From IMG/VR virus record IMGVR_UViG_3300044846_003060: a stretch of 64,000 nucleotides of DNA. The stretch is one strand, 5' to 3'. Both the position numbers and the translations under genes were made by a program. Below, one piece after another: positions 1-9,949 of this stretch. Each line of letters starts with the position of its first letter. Position 1 is the stretch's first letter. The notes under the pieces were generated by a model, which did not search any database, was not told the DNA's origin, and saw only the letters and a program-made list of their open reading frames with translations. The DNA is from an uncultured virus (IMG/VR IMGVR_UViG_3300044846_003060). Taxonomy: Duplodnaviria > Heunggongvirae > Uroviricota > Caudoviricetes.

Positions 1-19
1 AGAGTCTGGTAATTATGAA

Positions 20-3000
20 ATGATTGCTAATAAAGACATAGCAAATTTAATATACCAAAAAGGAGTTAACCCAGATGTATTAAGTAAGACTTTTGGTTTA
101 GGTAGTCCTGAAGAAATAAAAAAACAGTTTAGTCCCATTTATGAACATGCCTCTGGTATTCATGCTAAAAGAAATAAGGAAAAAATTGATGGCCTTATTA
201 AATCTGGTATGACTAAAGACCAAGCAATACAATCTCTTGTTGAACAAGGAGAAGGTAACTTGGAAGGATTAACAAATAGATATGGAAGTTATACTGAAGA
301 GGCTTTTAATAAAGCTCAAGAAGATGCTAAAAAAGTATTAGAGACAGCACCTTCATTAAAAGATCAGTATAGTGATTATTTTAAAAAGAGAGATGAGCAG
401 TATGAAGCTCAGATGGATGATCTTAAAGAAGGTATTGATTATGGTAAAACATTAACTCCATCTGAGACCACACAGAAAACTGCTGGAGCAATATACAATC
501 CACTTACTAAAACATTTGCACCAACAACTAGTGCATATGATAAAAGTGAAAATAAAAAAGTACTAGTAAATAAAATATTAGATACTAAAAATCAAGAACA
601 AAAAGAAAGAACTGTTGTCAACAAAGTACTAGATGCAAAGAATTTAACTGATGAACAAAAGAAACAATATTTAGAAGACCCTGTAGCTTTTAGTAACCTA
701 TACAATCAGTATCAACAATATGAAGCTACACCTGAAGTAGTTCAAGGAAGTTATATGAATACAATGGGGCAAAGCATGCCTCATACATCTTTTAGATCTG
801 ATTTTACTATTAATCCTGTTACCAAGACTTCTTTTCAAATGCCTAATGTAGGATCTAGTTTACCATTATTTGGGGCAAAAAATTATAATAAATATGGAAT
901 TCCTGGATTAGCTCCTAATAATATAAATATAACTAATGCAAATGTAGATTGGCATGCTGGTGCACCAGTACCAAAAAGTGCTCCTTCTGATGCTGTTAAC
1001 ATGTTAGATAAAGAATGGATAGCTGGAGTAGTTGGAGCAACAGCCTTTCCTGCTGTATATTCTGGTGTTCAAACATTATGGAATGCTCCTATTTTAGGTG
1101 CTGTAGGTAGTGAAGCTTTACCAGGTTTAACTCTAGGAAATGTTTCTAATGCTGTAAGTGCTTTTGATTTTGCTACTAAATATGGTCCTGATGCACTAAT
1201 GCAAGGTCAAAAAATGTATGAAGAAGGTTATTCAGATGATAGAGCAAAAGCTTTAGCTTATGATATTTATAAAGGAGTTAATTCTGCAATACCTTATACT
1301 AAATATTTAGGAAAAGATCTTGAAAAAATTAATCAAATTAAAAAAGGAAAAGATGCATTGAGTTTTTATGACAATGCAAATAAATCAGCTCAGACTCCTG
1401 AGAACGTAGTAGAAAATACAAAATGGATTAAAGGCTTAGGATCTGTATTAGCTTTACCAAAACAAAAAGGTGGTTCTATACAAATGGAACTTTCTGATGA
1501 TGAAATACAAGATTATGTAAAAAGAGGTTTTATTATTGAAGAAGTAAAAGTTCCAGCAATGCAATCAGGAGGAACTCCTTCTCAACTTTGGTATCAATAT
1601 ACAGGAACACCATGGTCAGAAGCAAAAGCAAAAGGTCTTACTGATGGTTCAGTGGAACAAAATTTAGCTTTAGCCAAAAGACTTGAGTCAGGAGAATTTG
1701 GAGAACCAAAACTATCTACTCAACAATATCAAGATGTTAGATCTGGATATGATCAAATGGTAGAACAAATGGTAGGTCAAGGTAAAACTCTTGATCAATT
1801 AGTTCAACAAAGAGTAGGTACAAGAGAAGGATTAAAGGCAAGATTTCCAGAATTATTTAAAACTGAATCTAAAAAAACTACAACGGCTGTTACACAAAAA
1901 TCTCAAGCACAAAAAGATGCTGAATTAAAAGCAGCTAGAGAATGGTTAACTGGAAAAGCTAAAGAAATTGGTAATGATATATTTGATGCTATTGGAGATT
2001 CTTATTGGGGTAAGCTAGCTAAAAAAGCAGGATCAGCCACTATAAAATATCTTGAAGCAGAAGCCGCAAAAAATAAAGTAGCCAAAGCTAAACAAGCACA
2101 GAAAGTTAAAGCTGTAGAAAAGAAAGTAGAAAAGAAAGTTCAAAGTACAGTTAAGAAAGTTACTAATCCACTTCCAACTCCAAGTGTAGTTGATGCATTA
2201 AATAATGCTGGTGTAAAATATGAACCAAGAAAACAACCCGTAGTTCCAGAACAAAGACCACAAAAAACTCCTAGTATATTAGATATATTAAATCAGAAAA
2301 GTATTTTTGATTATGATCCTTTAGAAACTTTAAAGAAATATGCTAAGCCTGTTGAGGAAAAGAAACCTGCTCCTATGACCGGATATGATATTAAAGGCAT
2401 AGTAGATCAAATACAGAAAGGTCAGAAGATGGGTCCACCTCCTTCACTTACTAGACAGCAATCACAACAACCATTAGGTGATAATAGTATGGCTGCTCAA
2501 TTTAAAACTAATGAGCAAAAAGGTAAAGGAATGAAACCACTTAACTTACCTGAAGTTAAAGATAAATCTATATGGGATAAAGCTAAAGAATGGGGCTCTC
2601 AAACATGGGAAGATACAAAAGACCTTGCTTCAGATACTTGGGAAGGTACTAAAAATCTTGCAGAAGAATACATAGCAGATCCAATTGTAGAAAGTATATT
2701 TGGAGAAGGTGTTAAAGATGCACCAACTAGTAAAGAAGAATTTCTTGAAACTCCTACAGGACAAAGAGTTGGTAAAAAAGTTCTTGATTGGAATGAATCA
2801 AAAGATAATTGGATAGATCCTTTTGGTCCTGCTGATTTATCAAAAGAAGAAGAACAACAACTAAGAAGAAAATTAGAAAAAGAAGGAGCTATAGATACTC
2901 CAGATGAAGTTGTAAAACCTAAAGAATCTAAAAAGAAAGTAGTTGAAACACCAAAACCTGATAAATTCTTTGAAGAAATATCAACTGTTAAAGATTCTTA

Positions 3001-3742
3001 TGATGCTGATAATACTTTACTTTCATATAGAAATCAATGGGATAATAGTGAAGGGTTTAGATATTTAGCTACTCCAGTTAAAAAAGATAGAAAGTCAACA
3101 GATGAATATTCAGATGTGATAGGTGTTGGACATTTCTTACTTGATGCTAGTGCTTCTAAATCTAAACCATATAGTCATGAATATAATAAAGCTTTTATAG
3201 ATAGAGCACTTAAGAATAATGACTGGGTTCCTACCTTTACAAATGAGGACGGTGATTATGTTAGATTAAAATATAAAAAACCAAATGAAATTACTAAATC
3301 AGATAAAGTTATTACACCACTTAGACAGATGACATTTGATAATATTGACTTTTCTAAAACACAAACTCCATCAGGATTTAAAAAAGGTATTAATGAAGTC
3401 ATGACAAAAGAAGGTAAAGGAACTTATTTATTATTTAAAAATAGAGATGGTTACTCAAGATTCAGTGGTGGATCAGTAGTATTTATATTTAAAGATAAAT
3501 TTGGTAACACGATTGTAAGAGACTTTGCTGGTTCACTTAATCAAATTGAAAATGAAGGTATTAATATTCAAAAGCAATATAATATAAAACCTGAAGATCT
3601 TACTCTTGGTTATCATGATGTTGGTTCTTTTAGTGCTAAGATAAAAGCAAATGCAGAAGGTAAATTAAAATCAAAACAGTGGGAAGGATTTAATAATGAA
3701 GATTGGACAGGTGGTGCATTATTAATACCTAAAACCAAATAA
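20..3742 (+). CDS. Large putative virion protein, probably 5'-truncated by the window edge
   Basis: 1240-aa ORF whose frame stays open upstream to base 2; no Cys seen; Lys/Ala-rich stretch, W-periodic 11-mer repeats, QKGG/QSGG motifs; first gene of the + strand structural block. Confidence 0.7.
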   Translation: MIANKDIANLIYQKGVNPDVLSKTFGLGSPEEIKKQFSPIYEHASGIHAKRNKEKIDGLIKSGMTKDQAIQSLVEQGEGNLEGLTNRYGSYTEEAFNKAQEDAKKVLETAPSLKDQYSDYFKKRDEQYEAQMDDLKEGIDYGKTLTPSETTQKTAGAIYNPLTKTFAPTTSAYDKSENKKVLVNKILDTKNQEQKERTVVNKVLDAKNLTDEQKKQYLEDPVAFSNLYNQYQQYEATPEVVQGSYMNTMGQSMPHTSFRSDFTINPVTKTSFQMPNVGSSLPLFGAKNYNKYGIPGLAPNNINITNANVDWHAGAPVPKSAPSDAVNMLDKEWIAGVVGATAFPAVYSGVQTLWNAPILGAVGSEALPGLTLGNVSNAVSAFDFATKYGPDALMQGQKMYEEGYSDDRAKALAYDIYKGVNSAIPYTKYLGKDLEKINQIKKGKDALSFYDNANKSAQTPENVVENTKWIKGLGSVLALPKQKGGSIQMELSDDEIQDYVKRGFIIEEVKVPAMQSGGTPSQLWYQYTGTPWSEAKAKGLTDGSVEQNLALAKRLESGEFGEPKLSTQQYQDVRSGYDQMVEQMVGQGKTLDQLVQQRVGTREGLKARFPELFKTESKKTTTAVTQKSQAQKDAELKAAREWLTGKAKEIGNDIFDAIGDSYWGKLAKKAGSATIKYLEAEAAKNKVAKAKQAQKVKAVEKKVEKKVQSTVKKVTNPLPTPSVVDALNNAGVKYEPRKQPVVPEQRPQKTPSILDILNQKSIFDYDPLETLKKYAKPVEEKKPAPMTGYDIKGIVDQIQKGQKMGPPPSLTRQQSQQPLGDNSMAAQFKTNEQKGKGMKPLNLPEVKDKSIWDKAKEWGSQTWEDTKDLASDTWEGTKNLAEEYIADPIVESIFGEGVKDAPTSKEEFLETPTGQRVGKKVLDWNESKDNWIDPFGPADLSKEEEQQLRRKLEKEGAIDTPDEVVKPKESKKKVVETPKPDKFFEEISTVKDSYDADNTLLSYRNQWDNSEGFRYLATPVKKDRKSTDEYSDVIGVGHFLLDASASKSKPYSHEYNKAFIDRALKNNDWVPTFTNEDGDYVRLKYKKPNEITKSDKVITPLRQMTFDNIDFSKTQTPSGFKKGINEVMTKEGKGTYLLFKNRDGYSRFSGGSVVFIFKDKFGNTIVRDFAGSLNQIENEGINIQKQYNIKPEDLTLGYHDVGSFSAKIKANAEGKLKSKQWEGFNNEDWTGGALLIPKTK

Positions 3743-3756
3743 ACTTATTAAGTTTA
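3740..3756. promoter_or_regulatory. Palindromic element TAAACTTA-T-TAAGTTTA overlapping the stop codon
   Basis: Perfect 8-1-8 inverted repeat; 15/17 copy at 9886-9902, also starting at a stop codon before an intergenic gap. Confidence 0.35.
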
Positions 3757-3800
3757 ACGATTAAATTAAAATTTAGTATATTTAGTATATAGTATAACCT

Positions 3801-6800
3801 ATGAAAAAACTAGTAACAATACGGAAAGCTCCAGATGGCAAGGGTCAGTATTTAAATAAAACAGCAAAGTTTTTAAATAAAGCCCAAGGAGGTGGTCAAC
3901 AAGAAGGAGGCTATAATCAAAAGATTTTAGAATATGTAGCTCAAGAGATATTACAAAGAGAACAAGATCCACAAGCTGTATATCAAACTCTTATTGAATC
4001 TAAAATAGATGAAGATACTGCACTTAAACATGTTCAAGCAATCATGCAATATCAACAACAGCAGATGGCTGAACAACAACAAGGTGCTCCACAAGAACAA
4101 GCTGGTGAACAAGATACAGCTTATACTCAAGCAGCTGAGGAAGTAGAACAAGATCTTGCTGGACAGTATGGTTATTATAATCCTAGTGGTGTTGGACAAG
4201 AACTTGCTGCTGATGAATCTGAAGATCAAATAAATCAAGAAGCTGATGAAGAGGTTTACAACATGGTTATGGGAGATGATCAAGGTGAATACCAAGATGG
4301 AGGTACCATAGATGATTATATTGTAAATAGATCAATTCCAAATTACCTAGGCTTTGAAGGAGATGACTTAAATGCATTTAATTATGCAAATGGTGGAGCT
4401 ACAAATAAAAGAAGCTTTATTAAAAATGTAATGTCAGAACTTAAAAAAGCTAGGGAAGGAATGCAACAAGAAGATCCTTCTGAGCAATTTGATATGACAG
4501 ATACATTAACTTTAGATAGAGGTAAGAAAAAATCTAAATTTGTAGAGGGTCTTGCTAGAGTTACTCAAACTGCTAAAGATAAAGAGAAAGCAGAACAAGC
4601 ATGGCAACAGCAACAACAAATGATGCAACAAGGTCCACCTATGCAACAAGCAGGTGCACCAATGCAAATGCCAATGGGTCAAGATGGTGGTCAGCAACCT
4701 TTAACAGATACTGAACATCCTTATCATCATTTAGCTATGATGCAAAATGCTAATAACTATATGACTGATAATCCTATGAATGCCATGTTTAGTGCTCAAA
4801 AAGGAATGACAATGCCTTCTCCAAGAGAGTATAGAAAAATGCATAGACAAGTTTCTAGAATGCTGCCTAACATTTATATGGATCCTGCTATTAAAGGTTC
4901 TGAACTCAATGTACATAAAACTAATTGGTTAGGAAGACCTAAAGAATATGACATTAAATTCCAAGGAAATCAAGGCATTATGCCAGGATGGGGACATGGT
5001 ACTCTTCTACTAGGGCTTCCAGGTGGAGCTAATATGGGAGTAGGTGGTGGTAGTTGGAATACTTCTTGGGGTTCTAATTGGAATACTGTTAAAGGTATGG
5101 TAGAAACTACCAAAGTAAAAAGAGAGGGGATTATCCGAGAGATTAATAAAAAAGCTGATCCTCAAACATATGATAAAGACAATAATAATATTCCGGATTT
5201 AGTTCAAAGACCAGATGAAAATGCAGAACCTAATCCTCCATCATGGGATCAAGATAATAACAAAGTTGCAGATGTAACTGAGATAGATCAAATTCTATAT
5301 CCGGGTCAACCAGATAGTACAGTACAACCTAAAGTAGATAATACAAAGGTGGTAGATAAAGATAATAACGGTGTACCTGATTATATTCAGGCTCCACTAA
5401 ATCAAATGGGAGGTTTTGCTGATCCAGAATCAGGCTTAACTAGATTTGTATATGGTGGTGATGAAAACATTTTTGATGATGATAGAAATACTATTAATAC
5501 AGCTGATCCATACTTTGGAAGAATGTATAGAAATGGTGGTATGCCAACATTTGAAGGTGGTGGTCAATGGGTAACTAAGCCAGATGGTACTACTATATTC
5601 TTAAAAGATGATGGTACTATTGATAAAACAAAGACAGCAATGTCTGATGATGAGAAAAAAGCTTATGATGAAAATGTATTAAAAAGAAATCAAGAATACT
5701 ATAATCAAAATAAAGATAAATTCACAAATCAATCAGAACAACAAAAATTAATTGATGATGCTGTAAACCAAAGAATGGCTCAGTACACTAAGCAATTTGG
5801 TAATAACATGCAACAACAACAAGGTAGTTATTACAATAATTATGGTCAACGATATAATCCTGGTTATAACTATAACCCAGGTTATAGATCTAATGGTTTC
5901 TTAGATCAAATGTTTTCAGCTAATCTGGCACCTAACTATTTAGGAACTTGGAGTAAACTTAAAGGAATGGAAACTAGTAACGGTATGCCTTTTACTGGTT
6001 TTGATGATAAAACACATCTTACAAATCTTAAAGTTACTAAGTCAGGTTGGTTATCTGGAAGACCTAAAGAATATGAAATGAGTTTTAGTAAATATATTGA
6101 TCCTAGAACTGCAAATAATATTACTCTAGATCCAAACAAGAATGCTCAAATTCAAAATAATAATCAAGCTAATAATACAAGTGATAATAAAAGTGATAGT
6201 GCAACTAATAATCAAACTCCAAAAAAGAATCCTGTACAAGACTATTTTAAATATACTGATGAAGAGTGGAACAACATGTCTAACAGAGATAAAAGAAGAG
6301 AAAAAAGATATATGAGGGAAGATCAGAAATGGTCGAATATGCCAAAGACTGAACTGAATCAATCAACTGAAACTATAGAAGATAAATCTCAAACATCTTC
6401 AATACAACCAAATGTAAATGCTGGTAGCCCAAGTCAAGGAGCAAATGTAATTCAAAATATTGCATCAGGTAATAATTTAAACTATCAAGATACTAGAAAC
6501 ATGATAGGTTCAAGTCCTTTGCAAGCAAAACCCAGAGATACTAGAGATCCAGGAAGTCCTCAACAAGGAGCCAATGTTATACAAGGTACTGCATCTGGGA
6601 ATAATTTAGATTATAATACTTCTAGAAGTACTGTAGGAACATCTCCATTAGAGGCTAAAAATCAAATGCCTGCTAGTAATTATATTTCAAATAGTCCAGG
6701 AGCAAATGCTGAAAGAAATTTCATGAATGAAATTCAAAGACTTCAGGATGCACAAAAAATGCAAGGTGTTATGAATCAGTTTCCTGGAGGTAATTTTCCT

Positions 6801-7556
6801 GGCTTTGCTTATGGTGGTTATATGCCAGATTACATGGCTTATGGAGGTTATCTACCAACTGCAGAAGGCGGTAATAATCCTGTAGACTATACTATGAATC
6901 CAGCATTTGTAGGTAAATCTAATTTAGATTTAATTAGTACATATGACAACATGGGTCCTGATACAGGATTAAAACCATCAAGTATGTGGAGTGATATGAA
7001 TTCATTTGGATTTGCACCACAAGGTGAACAACTTAAAAATGAGTATTTGAAAGATTGTACAGATGCTGATAAGCAAGATCCTACAAGTAAATGTTATGAG
7101 GGAATAAAATTGAATGAAAAAGATCCTATGTCTATGAATCCAGCAGATTTGAAAAAAGAAATGATGGATAAGCAAGATGTAAAAATGAAATTCAAAAATA
7201 AAGATGTTAAACAATATGATACAGAAGCTTGGATGGCTTTTGGAAATAAACTAGGTAGTACTGTTCCTTGGTTAGCAAATCAATTTGAAATTGGTAAACT
7301 TAAGAATCAAAAACTAGCTAATAAAACTTCTGACAATCTTTATGCAAGTAATGTAGCTGGAGATCCATTTAAGAAAACTGGTCAAACATCACTTACAGGA
7401 TCAAGTACAGGTTTAGACTTTGCAAGAGATCAAGGTCAATTACAGTATGGTCAAACTCAAAGTGGAGGAGCTCTTCAAGTAGGAGGTACAGCATATATGA
7501 CTGCTGATGAAGTAAAAAGATTTATGGAACAAGGTGGTCAAATAGAATTTATTTAA
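3801..7556 (+). CDS. Gln/Asn/Gly/Met-rich low-complexity putative virion protein
   Basis: 1251-aa ORF with many xxGG motifs, three DxDNNxxxD repeats and internal duplications. Confidence 0.7.
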   Translation: MKKLVTIRKAPDGKGQYLNKTAKFLNKAQGGGQQEGGYNQKILEYVAQEILQREQDPQAVYQTLIESKIDEDTALKHVQAIMQYQQQQMAEQQQGAPQEQAGEQDTAYTQAAEEVEQDLAGQYGYYNPSGVGQELAADESEDQINQEADEEVYNMVMGDDQGEYQDGGTIDDYIVNRSIPNYLGFEGDDLNAFNYANGGATNKRSFIKNVMSELKKAREGMQQEDPSEQFDMTDTLTLDRGKKKSKFVEGLARVTQTAKDKEKAEQAWQQQQQMMQQGPPMQQAGAPMQMPMGQDGGQQPLTDTEHPYHHLAMMQNANNYMTDNPMNAMFSAQKGMTMPSPREYRKMHRQVSRMLPNIYMDPAIKGSELNVHKTNWLGRPKEYDIKFQGNQGIMPGWGHGTLLLGLPGGANMGVGGGSWNTSWGSNWNTVKGMVETTKVKREGIIREINKKADPQTYDKDNNNIPDLVQRPDENAEPNPPSWDQDNNKVADVTEIDQILYPGQPDSTVQPKVDNTKVVDKDNNGVPDYIQAPLNQMGGFADPESGLTRFVYGGDENIFDDDRNTINTADPYFGRMYRNGGMPTFEGGGQWVTKPDGTTIFLKDDGTIDKTKTAMSDDEKKAYDENVLKRNQEYYNQNKDKFTNQSEQQKLIDDAVNQRMAQYTKQFGNNMQQQQGSYYNNYGQRYNPGYNYNPGYRSNGFLDQMFSANLAPNYLGTWSKLKGMETSNGMPFTGFDDKTHLTNLKVTKSGWLSGRPKEYEMSFSKYIDPRTANNITLDPNKNAQIQNNNQANNTSDNKSDSATNNQTPKKNPVQDYFKYTDEEWNNMSNRDKRREKRYMREDQKWSNMPKTELNQSTETIEDKSQTSSIQPNVNAGSPSQGANVIQNIASGNNLNYQDTRNMIGSSPLQAKPRDTRDPGSPQQGANVIQGTASGNNLDYNTSRSTVGTSPLEAKNQMPASNYISNSPGANAERNFMNEIQRLQDAQKMQGVMNQFPGGNFPGFAYGGYMPDYMAYGGYLPTAEGGNNPVDYTMNPAFVGKSNLDLISTYDNMGPDTGLKPSSMWSDMNSFGFAPQGEQLKNEYLKDCTDADKQDPTSKCYEGIKLNEKDPMSMNPADLKKEMMDKQDVKMKFKNKDVKQYDTEAWMAFGNKLGSTVPWLANQFEIGKLKNQKLANKTSDNLYASNVAGDPFKKTGQTSLTGSSTGLDFARDQGQLQYGQTQSGGALQVGGTAYMTADEVKRFMEQGGQIEFI

Positions 7557-7566
7557 TTATACCAAC

Positions 7567-9888
7567 ATGAAGTATAAAGTAAAAATTAAAAAATTACCAG
7601 AAGCCCGTATGGGTTATCAAGTTGATGGTTCTTTAAAAAATGATATAGTCGGTTTAGGTGGAGCTGATTTTAACTCTATGATGAGCAATAAATCTATGAA
7701 GCCTCAAAAGTCTATTGGTAAAGTACCTAGAGAAGAAGCTAACTTAGAAGCTGAAGGTGGAGAGACTGTATTAGGAGATATCAACTTTGATGGTTTTCCT
7801 GAGCACTATACTATTAAAGGACCAAGACATGCTCAAGGTGGTGTACCATTAAAACTTCCAGAGGATACATTTATTTTCTCAGACTTTAGAGAAATGAAAA
7901 TAAATGATCCTGACTTACTTGAAAAGTTTGGTAAAGTAGTTAAGAAAGCTCAAAAACAAAAATCTTATACTCCTGCACAGCTAGCTAAACAGTATGACAT
8001 AAATCATTATAGATCAATATTACAAGATCCAGATTCAGACTATCTAGATAGAAAAACTGCTGAATTAATGATCCGTAATTATAACATGAAACTTGGTGCA
8101 TTAGCTCTTGCCCAAGAAGCAAAAAAAGGTTTTCCTCAAGGTATACCAATGATAGCTAAACCATTTATGGAGGCTAATGGTCTTTCTGAAGAAGACTTTA
8201 TACCACAAGAAGAGGAAGCTGCTCAAGCTGAAATGGCACAAGGACCAATGCAACAAGATGCTCCAATGCCAGGTGGAGAAGGTATGCCAACTCAAATGCC
8301 AAATGGAGCTCCTATAGCTATGCCTCAACCTATGGAAGGTCAACCACAAATGGATCCTAGAGAAATGATGATGTCAGCCCAAATGACTCCAGAAGATATG
8401 GGTCAAGCACCTATGGCACAATATGGTATGTCAATGGGAGGATTTTATCCTGAGTATGCCTTTGGTGGAGCACAAAAACATGCAGTAAGAATAAAACAAT
8501 TACCACAAGCTAAAAAAGGTAATCCTTTACCAAATAGAACAGCTCTTGACAAAAACCGTCTTTCTCAAAATAAAAATAGAACCTATAACAAATCAAAAGA
8601 AGGTACAGGATGGATTGATTTAGGAGGTGGTGAATGGGGTAGAGGTTCTAGAGGAGGTATTGATGTTAAAACACTTGCAGAAAGAGGTCCTGTTGTAAGA
8701 GGTGGTGCAGGTTATAATCAAGAGGATGTTTGTGCTTGGATGAAAACAGAGGGTGGTTCATATTATGGAGCTACAGCAGAACAAATGATTGCTGCAGGTA
8801 TTGCTCACAAAAGTCTTCTTGGTTACTTAAAAGGTTGTGAGGTTGTTGATGAAGAAATGGAATTCTACAAAGAAGAAGGTCCGGGTAAAGAATGTGTATG
8901 TAAAGATAAAGATGGTAATGATGTAGTTACTCCACTTGATAAAGATGGTAAATGTCCTTGTGAAGAAGAAGTAAAAAAATGTTACTGTCTTGATGAGAAT
9001 GGTCAAAAAATAGAAGTTCCTTGTGGACCTAATGGTACTGAACCAGATTGTCCTGGAGGAATGAAAGGTATGGCTCAAGGTAGACCACCAGCAAAATACT
9101 GGATTCAAGATACTAGAAATTCAGTGAATGCATTCATGGATAGAATGAGATTAAAGAAATATCTTCCATGGTCTGCAAGAGTTGATCTTGAAGAAGGTAG
9201 ACCTTACTGGTTAGATCCTACTAGACAGTATGCTGCACTTGGTGAAAGAGCTGCTACAGAAGTAGAAGGTAATGCAGCTTTTGCAGGACCTCAACAACTT
9301 GCTGCCAGAAATGCTGCTTCTCAAGCTGGAACTTTACAAGGTATTGCAGATATTGGTTCTAATATAAATAATCAAAATGTTAATATAGCCAATCAGTGGG
9401 ATCAAACTAAAACAGGTATTAGAAATCAGGAGAATCTTTTAAGAGGTGAAGCTGAGACTAAAGACTTTATGGGTACTACAATTGCTAATCAACAATATGA
9501 TAATGCATTAAATCAGTTGGCAGATAATCAAACATTAGCTGCAAATACAGCTGATACAAATAAATATAAGACAGATGCATTAAATCAAATGTATCCTAAC
9601 TATCAAGTTGATCCATCTGTTGGTGGTCAAATGTATTATAATCCAACTCAAAAAGATCCTAATCCAATTAAACCTGAAGATGAAATTGCATATGCACAAC
9701 AACTTAAAGGTTCTGGATTAGATGCTGATGTACAAAGAGTAATGATGGCTAATTGGTATAAATCAAGAGGATCTGATAATTCAGTTGCTCCTGATCCAAA
9801 CATTGTTGCAGCTATGTATGGTCAGAAAGGTGGGGTTATGTTTAGAGATGGTGGATTCATATACATGGCTTGGCCAGAGTTTATGTAA
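7567..9888 (+). CDS. Putative virion/cargo protein with N-terminal EAEGGE...GPRHAQGGV domain and a Cys-rich insert
   Basis: 773 aa; the EANLEAEGGETV and KGPRHAQGGVP...FIFSD segments resemble a region I recall from crAss-like structural proteins; Q/N/A-rich helical C-terminus. Confidence 0.65.
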   Translation: MKYKVKIKKLPEARMGYQVDGSLKNDIVGLGGADFNSMMSNKSMKPQKSIGKVPREEANLEAEGGETVLGDINFDGFPEHYTIKGPRHAQGGVPLKLPEDTFIFSDFREMKINDPDLLEKFGKVVKKAQKQKSYTPAQLAKQYDINHYRSILQDPDSDYLDRKTAELMIRNYNMKLGALALAQEAKKGFPQGIPMIAKPFMEANGLSEEDFIPQEEEAAQAEMAQGPMQQDAPMPGGEGMPTQMPNGAPIAMPQPMEGQPQMDPREMMMSAQMTPEDMGQAPMAQYGMSMGGFYPEYAFGGAQKHAVRIKQLPQAKKGNPLPNRTALDKNRLSQNKNRTYNKSKEGTGWIDLGGGEWGRGSRGGIDVKTLAERGPVVRGGAGYNQEDVCAWMKTEGGSYYGATAEQMIAAGIAHKSLLGYLKGCEVVDEEMEFYKEEGPGKECVCKDKDGNDVVTPLDKDGKCPCEEEVKKCYCLDENGQKIEVPCGPNGTEPDCPGGMKGMAQGRPPAKYWIQDTRNSVNAFMDRMRLKKYLPWSARVDLEEGRPYWLDPTRQYAALGERAATEVEGNAAFAGPQQLAARNAASQAGTLQGIADIGSNINNQNVNIANQWDQTKTGIRNQENLLRGEAETKDFMGTTIANQQYDNALNQLADNQTLAANTADTNKYKTDALNQMYPNYQVDPSVGGQMYYNPTQKDPNPIKPEDEIAYAQQLKGSGLDADVQRVMMANWYKSRGSDNSVAPDPNIVAAMYGQKGGVMFRDGGFIYMAWPEFM

Positions 9889-9902
9889 ACATAATAAGTT
9901 TA
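9886..9902. promoter_or_regulatory. Second copy of the palindromic element (TAAACATAATAAGTTTA)
   Basis: 15/17 identity to 3740-3756, same position relative to a stop codon. Confidence 0.3.
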
Positions 9903-9949
9903 TTAAACTTTAAAAATTTTAATAGTTTTACAAAAGATAAAAAAATAAA

